A stretch of DNA of 17,794 bases from a virus (Duplodnaviria > Heunggongvirae > Uroviricota > Caudoviricetes): the IMG/VR virus record IMGVR_UViG_2671180275_000001; one strand, written 5' to 3'. Position numbers and translations under genes: made by a program. The notes beneath the pieces are model-generated. The model did not search any database, was not told the DNA's origin, and saw only the letters and a list, made by a program, of their open reading frames with translations. Positions 8,462-14,990 of this stretch are shown in pieces. Each line of letters opens with the position of its first letter. Position 1 is the stretch's first letter.

Positions 8462-9970
8462 TTATTCTTCGGACTGGTCGTCGGTGTGCTGCGGCTCCTG
8501 TCGTTTCGTTGCGGCACTGCTGCCTCCTTTATCACTGGCCGGATCGGTATCAAATACCAGATCCAGCTTGCGGTTTTCATCAATTTCGGCCTTGCGCCGA
8601 CGTTTGACATCATCCGGATTACGACCACCAGCACGTACCCAGTCTGATTCTGTCGCCGCTCCACCACGAATCTGGATTTTCCAGGCCTCAGCCTCCTTAA
8701 CAGGGTCAATCCACGGCATCACTGGTCCGGAATACACCGCGGTATACAGTGAAGAACGGTCAAGATCGCGGGGTAGCCTGATAACACCGGATGCCACAGC
8801 CTGTTTCAGCCAGGCACGATACATCGGGCGGGTGACGGCACCAATAAACCAGTCCTGCAGGATCAGGTAGCCATCAGTAGACTCAACCAGTTCCTGACGC
8901 TGGGCGCTGTAAGTGCCGTTATAGTTGCGTGCCGTACTGGAAAAACTCAGACGACTGCCCGCCGCCACGGCACGCAACTGACCATTACGAAAAGTTTCAA
9001 GGTTAGGATTGGGACGATCCGACTTCACCATTCCGATTTCTTCGCCGGGTTTCAGATCGTCGTAAATAATGCCTGGCTGAATGGTAAGCTCGCGTTCATT
9101 CTCCTTGCTGTCATTACCATCCGTTTCATAGCTCTGTCCGTCGCCTTTCCGGATGTACATCCCCAGAGCAGCGGCGATCCTTGCTGCAGTCAGCTCAGAA
9201 TCTTCATACTCTTTCAGGGCGCTGAGGCGGATCAGCACACCGGACAATAAAGACGTCCCGCGCATCTGGTGCAGACGTCGAACAAATTTAAGATGCAGCA
9301 TTCGCTCTGCATCCACTTCTTTGGTTTCCATCTGCCGTCCGGATACAGGACGACTTTTATACACCAGATATTTTTCGGGACGCCCCCAGTCATCAACAAA
9401 CACGCCCTGATTCAGCCTGTTGCTCTCATCACTGGTCATGGGAATAAAGTCCGGCTCGAGCGCCTCCAGCCAGAAATGAACACCGGCAGAAGGCGTCAGG
9501 CTGTTTATGCGCCCGGAAACCATCTGGGCAAACACCTCACCATCGCGCAGCCAGGTACGCAGCATCAGACGTTCCAGCATCGGACGGGTAAACTGCCCGG
9601 TGACTTCCGGACTGACAGACCATTCACTCCATCGGGTACGTATCTCCGCTGCCAGGTCACGGGCAATGGCACCATTGCGTAATACCGGATGTGGCTCGAC
9701 AATAATCCCGTTTTTCCCCACCACCCGTTCTTCCAGCTTGTCAAATACACCAATGACCAGATCGTGGTTGTTATCAAGGTAACGGGCCTGCTCACGTAAC
9801 GACACGGCCCCGTACTGGCTTAACTGGTCGGCAGTTCGGTTCTCCCGTCGGGCTTTGTGTGTCCGCGTCGTTTTTACGGCCTCATAAGCTTGGATCACCG
9901 CTCGGGAACGCAGCCTTGCCGCTTTCCATCCTGGTGAAAAAACGCCAATCACATCATCAAGAATTGCCAT
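8462..9970 (-). CDS. B: portal protein, lambda gpB-like
   Basis: 502-aa ORF from MAILDDVIGVFSPGW with GAGG 5 nt upstream. Position between the W-like gene and the protease/capsid gene; length and overall composition resemble lambda B (533 aa). ATG overlaps the W-like stop (TGATG). Confidence 0.88.
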   Translation of the reverse strand: MAILDDVIGVFSPGWKAARLRSRAVIQAYEAVKTTRTHKARRENRTADQLSQYGAVSLREQARYLDNNHDLVIGVFDKLEERVVGKNGIIVEPHPVLRNGAIARDLAAEIRTRWSEWSVSPEVTGQFTRPMLERLMLRTWLRDGEVFAQMVSGRINSLTPSAGVHFWLEALEPDFIPMTSDESNRLNQGVFVDDWGRPEKYLVYKSRPVSGRQMETKEVDAERMLHLKFVRRLHQMRGTSLLSGVLIRLSALKEYEDSELTAARIAAALGMYIRKGDGQSYETDGNDSKENERELTIQPGIIYDDLKPGEEIGMVKSDRPNPNLETFRNGQLRAVAAGSRLSFSSTARNYNGTYSAQRQELVESTDGYLILQDWFIGAVTRPMYRAWLKQAVASGVIRLPRDLDRSSLYTAVYSGPVMPWIDPVKEAEAWKIQIRGGAATESDWVRAGGRNPDDVKRRRKAEIDENRKLDLVFDTDPASDKGGSSAATKRQEPQHTDDQSEE

Positions 9971-10182
9971 CAGAACCTCGCCAGCCGGTACCCGGGATGC
10001 CCCCGTCGTCGTGTAATCAGAGCCGCAAGGCGGCGCTCCCACTCCTGCCGCCCCTGCCGGATCTCAGATAAGTTTTCCATGGTCATCTGCTGACCATTAA
10101 AAGTGACGGATTTTCCGTCCAGCACTGCCATTTCAGCTTCCGTATAACGCTGAATCATGGCTTCAATATCATTCTGATTCAT
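9970..10182 (-). CDS. W: head-tail joining protein, lambda gpW-like
   Basis: 70-aa ORF (MNQNDIEAMIQRYTEAEMAVLDGKSVTF...RRRGHPGY). Lambda W is about 68 aa and ends ...QRRRGPAGFYV. ATGA overlap with the terminase stop, as for lambda A-W. GGAGG lies 6 nt upstream. Confidence 0.6.
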   Translation of the reverse strand: MNQNDIEAMIQRYTEAEMAVLDGKSVTFNGQQMTMENLSEIRQGRQEWERRLAALITRRRGHPGYRLARF

Positions 10183-11291
10183 AACCATCCTCCGGAAGTC
10201 AGCCAGGGGTTAACATCGTCAGTTACTGTTTTCTTCCGTTTTTGTTTTTTAACAGGCGTGGATACCGGTTCCGGTGTGGGTGACGGTTCGGTACTGTCCG
10301 GGACACACTCCAGCCAGGTTTCCCGGCTCGCCCACTCCGGTGCATCCGGCCAGCGGATCTTTTCGTATCCATGCAGAATGACCAGAGCCTCGGCATACAC
10401 CATCAGGTCAAAAGCTTCGTTGGCACCGCGACCCGGCTTACTCCATTTCCCGTCACTGCTCCGCTCTTCATACGTCAGTTCGTCGTAAAACCAGCTCCCC
10501 AGCCAGTCAGGGAAATGCACATAGCCGGGACCTGGCGAGTCACGCCATAACGCGTTATTCACCCTGTCTTTCAGGGCATCCGTCTGAAGAAGCCAGAGCG
10601 GTACATCACCTGCGGCCTGCGCCCGTCGGCCCGTTCGTCCGGTGTTATCAGGGAATGTACGGGTGATCAGTTTTGCGCGCCGGATGCTGTCGCCCTTAAA
10701 CAGGTAAATACGTTTACCAAGGCCATCACGACGGCAACGACGCCAGAATTTATAGGCATTATCAGTGACCCCGTCTTCACCGCCGGAGTCCACCGCCATT
10801 GCCATCAGTCGCATTTGTTGAGAAGGATCGGAGGCCAGCGGCCAGCTTTTATGAAAAACATCCGTCAGCAGGACATCCCAGTCTTCCGGATAGCTGGCCG
10901 GATCAATTCGCTGGCTCTCCCCGTCGCTGTCACCGCGCAATGACTGCGTGATGTTGTAACGATCAATAATCCAGCGTTCGCCACGGCTGCCATAGCCCGT
11001 TACCTGAACCACAAAACGGCGATGACGTCCCGCCTGCACATCCACTGTCGCCACAAGGAAATTAACGCCATCCGGCACACTGCGGGAAGGAACTGGCTCT
11101 GCCCGCTGCTCAAGCAATTCACTTTTTCGTTGCTCCATGCTGGCGCGGGGAAGATAAGGTAATCCCCAGTCGGTATTGATAACCGTCTTGAGTGTCTCTT
11201 CACTTCCGGTTGTCTCGTATTCCTGTTCTGCAGTAAGCAGTTTGTAAACGAGTTGCGAGAGTGTCTGATAAGCAGCTGCCGGCCCCTCCAT
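10179..11291 (-). CDS. A: terminase large subunit, gpA family, C-terminal portion only (5-prime truncated; probable pseudogene)
   Basis: 370-aa ORF matching the C-terminal part of lambda gpA (LVATVDVQ vs LTAGIDSQ; AVDSGG vs WDTGG; NEAFDLMVYAEAL vs NEALDCFVYALAA). Frame is closed by a stop 11 codons upstream of the ATG; no SD; upstream DNA is AT-rich and non-coding. No Walker-A N-terminal domain. Confidence 0.8.
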   Translation of the reverse strand: MEGPAAAYQTLSQLVYKLLTAEQEYETTGSEETLKTVINTDWGLPYLPRASMEQRKSELLEQRAEPVPSRSVPDGVNFLVATVDVQAGRHRRFVVQVTGYGSRGERWIIDRYNITQSLRGDSDGESQRIDPASYPEDWDVLLTDVFHKSWPLASDPSQQMRLMAMAVDSGGEDGVTDNAYKFWRRCRRDGLGKRIYLFKGDSIRRAKLITRTFPDNTGRTGRRAQAAGDVPLWLLQTDALKDRVNNALWRDSPGPGYVHFPDWLGSWFYDELTYEERSSDGKWSKPGRGANEAFDLMVYAEALVILHGYEKIRWPDAPEWASRETWLECVPDSTEPSPTPEPVSTPVKKQKRKKTVTDDVNPWLTSGGWL

Positions 11292-11313
11292 CCAGGAAGA
11301 AGTAAATAAAAGG

Positions 11314-11345
11314 TAACTAAATGATTATAAATAGTTATTTAGTTA
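11314..11345. repeat. AT-rich inverted repeat TAACTAAAT-N14-ATTTAGTTA next to the terminase truncation point
   Basis: Perfect 9-bp arms at about 11314-11322 and 11337-11345, within 25 bp of the ATG at 11291. Confidence 0.4.
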
Positions 11346-11659
11346 TACTACCTCCTACATAGTCCAAGATTTAGTACCTGCTTAAACGATAAAAAAAGAA
11401 ACAAAAGCAGCAATATTAATTAAAAGCTGAATGATGATGGGGGTACGCTTGTGTCTGATTCCGGTAACGCGGTGGATTAATCCCAGTATTTCGGCTTCTG
11501 TCATTGTGCCCCCATCGCGCTGGTGAAGAAAACAAGCTCAGATTTTTTGTAAAGAATCTGTCACGCTAAAAGATGTCGAACAAAAAATAACCTTCTTCAT
11601 CATCTTTTTCACATCAAAATAATTAAAAACAATCACTTACGCACATGATGATGATGACG

Positions 11660-11760
11660 ATAAAATCAAAAAAATGCGCTTTTTTCCGCGCCGCCCGCCC
11701 CGTGTTCAGGCCCACCCCACCAGGAGGACCCGCAAAAAAGGCGGCTGGTGCCGCCTTGTT
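11660..11760 (-). repeat. conserved ~100-bp element, copy A (terminator plus conserved distal block)
   Basis: Aligns at roughly 85% identity with 14198-14299 (ATAAAATCAAAAAATGCGC...TTTTTCCGCGCC...CCGCCCCGTG...CAGGCC...ACCCCACCAGGAG...AAAAAAG + hairpin). Identity is by eye. Confidence 0.6.
11733..11756 (-). terminator. intrinsic terminator after the second protease/capsid gene
   Basis: Minus strand GGCGG-CACCAG-CCGCC followed by TTTTTT, starting 6 nt after the stop at 11762. Confidence 0.6.
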
Positions 11761-11761
11761 G

Positions 11762-13651
11762 TCATAGTGAATCTGTCCCGCCTGATTTGACCATACCGCG
11801 ATAATCCAGAGCTGCCACACCTGCATCAATACGGACTTTCCAGGCCACGCCGTCAACGATAAAACCTTCCTGCTGTTCAAGGTAAGGCTCGTCATTGCCA
11901 TCAAGATAAGCCACCTCGATTGTGTCAGTTCCCTGTGCGGAAAGCATGTACCATTGTTTTTCGCTGATATCATCAAGGCGGGGATCGACGATGATATCAA
12001 GTAGCTTGTGGTACGGGTTAAAGATCCCGCTGTTTTTATCAGCCCCGAAAGGTGCGGTTGAGTTAATCATCTGCAACGCGCGATCTTCCAGTGCTGCCGG
12101 AACTAAAAGGAATTTAGGCGCAATATTCAGCACTTCGCCATTTTTGTCCTTCTGTGTGCGCATCAGGTGACGTGCTGCACTAAGTCCCGATGTTGTCAGT
12201 CCTGCTTCAATCAGGTTGCTGTGTTTTTTGTCAAACAGCGTTATTCCGTCAGAAAGTTTTACGTTGCCTGTAAGCACCAGATTAACCAGATTTCCCACCG
12301 TTCTTGATGCTGCACGGCCCATAGCCATTGGCACCGTTGATAACTGATCAAGGTCATCATTGATTATCGCCTGGCGGGTAATGCTGAAAATATTCCCGTA
12401 AGTAGCCAGCGCGATGGGTTCACCGCGATCGCTGGTGGTGATGTATTTATATTCTGCCCCTTCCGGCACTTTGCTTAACGTAGAGAAACCATTCAGGCCA
12501 ACGCGGCGGGCTTCACGAAAGTTTGAAAGGGAACCTTTTTTCGTCCACTGGCGGAATGTTTCGCCGCTGTGCTCCCAGCCTGCAAGCACTGATTTTTCAG
12601 CGCCACCAGCAAGGATATCGGTAAAATCGCTGCTGCTGTGGTTGAATGCCGCGTTTACTATCTGCGAGCGTGTGCCGTAGCTGCCCGTGCTTATACCACG
12701 ATGGGTTAATGATGCCTGTGCCATATCGAAAAGACTCATCATGGCGTAAGGATTACCGCGTTCGGCCCGTTCGTGACCAAGACGCGCATTAAGCCCCTGA
12801 CGCATGGCATCGCCAGTTATATTGCCGTTATCCGTGTACGCGTAGTAAAGATTTGCGGGGGTGGTTTTGTTTGTTGGCGTTGATTCTTTACCCATAGCGA
12901 GTAAAAGGCGTTCGCGTGCATTCTCAACGCTACATTCTGAATCCGCAAGACAACTTATAGCCAGGTCGTTATATCTTCCGTTGAAGGTGCCAAACAATTC
13001 ACGGATTCCGTTAAGTCGTTCCTGTTCGCCACTGCCAGTTTTCTGGCTGATCATGCTTTTAATTTTTTCCGGCATATTTGAAAAATCTCCGATTCGTTTT
13101 GATTCAATTCGGGCCATTGCTGTAATCGCGGGTATAACCTCATCTGCGAAGCCGTTAGCCTTACACTCATTGCCATCCATCCAGGTTTCCGCCTCCATCA
13201 TGGCGGTGATTTCCTGTTTGCTCCTGCCCGTTCTTCCGGCGTAGGTTTCTGCCATCGTGTCGCCCAGCTTGTCCATCAGGTCAGCAAAGCGGCGAACGTC
13301 GCCCGACACTCCGGCAGTAACACCACGGGGGGTATGTATCATCATCATCGCGTTTTCAGGCATAACGATGTGATCGCCACACATGGCAATAAACGAGGCC
13401 ATAGAAGCCGCCATGCCCTCAATGTGTACAATTTTCTTTGCCGGATGATTTTTCAGGGCGTTATAGATAGCCAGCCCTTCAAAGATGTCGCCACCAGGTG
13501 AATGGATGCGAAGATGGATTTCAGACGCATTACCACACGCGTTGATCTCGTCAGTAAGTGCCGATGCTTTTACACCGTACCCGCCGATCTCGTCATAAAT
13601 GCGCACATAGACAACATCTGCCATAGCCTTAATGGAAAACCATGTTTTCAT
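11762..13651 (-). CDS. second fused ClpP-like protease / HK97-fold major capsid protein (629 aa), divergent paralogue of 6490..8448
   Basis: Same domain order and motifs (RIYDEIG, HSPGGD, GMAASMAS, MMMIHTPRG, PEGAEYKY, FSITRQAIINDDL, TDTIEVAYLDG, KVRIDAGVA). AGGAGA lies 6 nt upstream of the ATG at 13651, which overlaps the stop of the upstream small ORF (ATGA). Confidence 0.85.
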   Translation of the reverse strand: MKTWFSIKAMADVVYVRIYDEIGGYGVKASALTDEINACGNASEIHLRIHSPGGDIFEGLAIYNALKNHPAKKIVHIEGMAASMASFIAMCGDHIVMPENAMMMIHTPRGVTAGVSGDVRRFADLMDKLGDTMAETYAGRTGRSKQEITAMMEAETWMDGNECKANGFADEVIPAITAMARIESKRIGDFSNMPEKIKSMISQKTGSGEQERLNGIRELFGTFNGRYNDLAISCLADSECSVENARERLLLAMGKESTPTNKTTPANLYYAYTDNGNITGDAMRQGLNARLGHERAERGNPYAMMSLFDMAQASLTHRGISTGSYGTRSQIVNAAFNHSSSDFTDILAGGAEKSVLAGWEHSGETFRQWTKKGSLSNFREARRVGLNGFSTLSKVPEGAEYKYITTSDRGEPIALATYGNIFSITRQAIINDDLDQLSTVPMAMGRAASRTVGNLVNLVLTGNVKLSDGITLFDKKHSNLIEAGLTTSGLSAARHLMRTQKDKNGEVLNIAPKFLLVPAALEDRALQMINSTAPFGADKNSGIFNPYHKLLDIIVDPRLDDISEKQWYMLSAQGTDTIEVAYLDGNDEPYLEQQEGFIVDGVAWKVRIDAGVAALDYRGMVKSGGTDSL

Positions 13652-13842
13652 AGCCAGTCTCCTAACGTTGCCCTGTACCAGTATTCAACCGCGCTTCTCG
13701 CAATCTGCCCTTTCGTGGGTACTGGCATTCCAGGGTGATTACTTTTAATGAACTGCTGATAGCGTTCTATCTTTTCCATAGTTCCGGCGTCTATGTGTAC
13801 CGTGGCACTTTTATCCGGCTTTCTGGTGTTGTTCTCTGGCAT
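13648..13842 (-). CDS. small protein (64 aa) translationally coupled to the second capsid gene; possible ribbon-helix-helix fold
   Basis: Start at internal ATG (MPENNTRKPDKSATVHIDAGTMEKIERYQQFIK...GQIARSAVEYWYRATLGDWL) with GGAGG 7 nt upstream. Strand-helix-turn-helix pattern is a guess from residue periodicity. Confidence 0.45.
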   Translation of the reverse strand: MPENNTRKPDKSATVHIDAGTMEKIERYQQFIKSNHPGMPVPTKGQIARSAVEYWYRATLGDWL

Positions 13843-14033
13843 AAATCCGCCTCCGTTTTGATTAACGGGCATCATTATTGATCGACAAAAGTAATAGATA
13901 AATCATTTTCTACCTGAAAATCAGATTATGTTTTTTCTGATTATTCTCAGAGAGGCAAAGCCATTGACGCATTTTTGCTATTGAAGCAATATTAAGACTC
14001 GTCATCATGGCGATAAAAACTCCTTTGTCGTGT

Positions 14034-14074
14034 AAAAGCGCCTCCGGTAACAGCAATCGGGGGCGCTTTTTTTT
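14034..14074 (+). terminator. plus-strand intrinsic terminator-like hairpin in an intergenic region
   Basis: Plus strand GCGCCTCCG-GTAACAGCAAT-CGGGGGCGC (9-bp stem including one G-U pair) followed by T8. In the minus orientation only TTTT follows. Confidence 0.5.
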
Positions 14075-14197
14075 GCGCCTGTTTTTTTGTAAATGTTTTC
14101 GGGAACGTTCCAGTGATGAACAAAAAACAACCTGATTCGACACTAAAAATTTTTATTCCTCAATATATCAATAGCTTATAGTGGTGGTGATGGTGCC

Positions 14198-14299
14198 ATA
14201 AAAATCAAAAAATGCGCCTTTTTCCGCGCCCCTCCGCCCCGTGGACAGGCCACCCCCACCAGGAGTACCTACAAAAAAGCCGGATTTCTCCGGCTGTTG
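14198..14299 (-). repeat. conserved ~100-bp element, copy B (terminator plus conserved distal block)
   Basis: Second copy of the element at 11660-11760; directly 3-prime of the PerC-like gene. Confidence 0.6.
14272..14296 (-). terminator. intrinsic terminator after the PerC-like gene
   Basis: Minus strand AGCCGGA-GAAA-TCCGGCT followed by TTTTTT, starting 5 nt after the stop at 14301. Confidence 0.6.
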
Positions 14300-14300
14300 A

Positions 14301-14573
14301 TTAGCTGTCTGGGTAATTACGCCATATTTCATCGCTTACACCATCTATACCCATTTCAGCATAAGTGCGATCGACTACCTTTCTCAGGTCTCCGAAGTTA
14401 TCCGGCGGCTCCGGTGGCCTCTGTGCCTTCCTGGAACATTCCAGCCGTCGCATCGTAACCTGATGCCGTTCCTTGTCTGTCTCCACCAGCTGCATGACTT
14501 CACCCCATCGCGCCGCCGCCCTCCGGTAAAATCCTTTCGCCTCGAGTTCCTCCGCTATGCGGTCATGTATCAT
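14301..14573 (-). CDS. PerC-family-like small transcriptional regulator (90 aa)
   Basis: N-terminal IAEELEAKGFYRRAAARWGEVM matches the AExLExKG-(F/W)-RRAAxRW signature I associate with PerC/Pch proteins. ATG at 14573 with GGAGAG upstream. Confidence 0.5.
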   Translation of the reverse strand: MIHDRIAEELEAKGFYRRAAARWGEVMQLVETDKERHQVTMRRLECSRKAQRPPEPPDNFGDLRKVVDRTYAEMGIDGVSDEIWRNYPDS

Positions 14574-14748
14574 CGCCTGACTCTCCGGTTTTTACGTTGA
14601 TGGTTGTTACCTGTTCCGCTTCGGCAATCTCCCGTTCTGTCAACGTGGCAAAGTTTGCCGCCGCTGTGGTCATGAATGCGCTTATCAGTTCGGGATGCTC
14701 CTTCGCGTATCCTTCCCCAGCGTGGCGGTCTATTACCCTGATTGCCAC
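14563..14748 (-). CDS. small acidic hypothetical protein (61 aa); frame and start uncertain
   Basis: Protein-like composition (MAIRVIDRHAGEGYAKEHPELISAF...); GTG start without a clear SD. An overlapping 77-aa Arg-rich frame (14570..14803) ends in an ATGA overlap with the PerC-like start and could be the real gene instead. Confidence 0.3.
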   Translation of the reverse strand: MAIRVIDRHAGEGYAKEHPELISAFMTTAAANFATLTEREIAEAEQVTTINVKTGESGDDT

Positions 14749-14785
14749 CTTTAAGGCGTGCTCTGTCTCTGCGCATTTTGGTTAT

Positions 14786-14990
14786 CTCCTCACTCATGCT
14801 CACTTTTACACCTCACTTTTTAAAGCGTCTCGCTTCGTCTCACTTGATATTTTTTGATGCTTTATGTGTGTGTTTCATAAGGATTTTTTTACTCCTCACT
14901 TTTGAGCATGTATACAGGTGAGAAAGTGAGTAATCGTGTTAATATTTTGTAAAAACCTCACCATTACTCACTTTTGCTACTCACTTTTTA
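14786..14990. repeat. iteron-like direct repeats (CTCACTTTT) flanking an AT-rich spacer; candidate replication origin
   Basis: At least six direct copies of (C)TCACTTTT plus one inverted copy (GTGAGAAAGTGAG) around an AT-rich stretch at about 14846-14892, immediately 3-prime of the helicase-like gene. Confidence 0.5.

Noticed and set aside
6490-8709. 739-aa version of the first protease/capsid ORF starting at 8709
   Set aside because: The extra 87 N-terminal codons overlap the portal gene by about 250 nt and have no counterpart in the paralogue; the first ATG after the portal stop (8448) gives a protein that aligns from its N-terminus.
11431-11526. 31-codon plus-strand ORF (MMMGVRLCLIPV...) in the AT-rich gap upstream of the terminase fragment
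   Set aside because: No SD, opposite to the local transcription direction, and too short to support without conservation data.
11660-11760. A bona fide lambda cosN site
   Set aside because: Only a 9-mer (ACGGGGCGG) matches; the full 12-nt cohesive-end sequence GGGCGGCGACCT is not present. Kept only as a low-confidence lead.
13910-14143. 77-aa minus-strand ORF in the intergenic region between the PerC-like and capsid 2 operons
   Set aside because: GTG start, no RBS at correct spacing, Lys/Arg-rich low-complexity N-terminus; it spans the terminator hairpin. More likely non-coding leader.
14570-14803. 77-aa Arg/Gly-rich ORF overlapping the 61-aa ORF upstream of the PerC-like gene
   Set aside because: Composition looks like an out-of-frame translation, and its apparent SD (GAGGTG) is part of the iteron repeat. 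Not fully excluded because its stop forms an ATGA overlap with the PerC-like start; the ambiguity is noted in the feature list.
14786-14990. Possible CRISPR array suggested by the repeated CTCACTTTT motif
   Set aside because: Repeats are only 9 bp, irregularly spaced with some inverted, and there are no cas genes; an iteron or operator cluster fits better.
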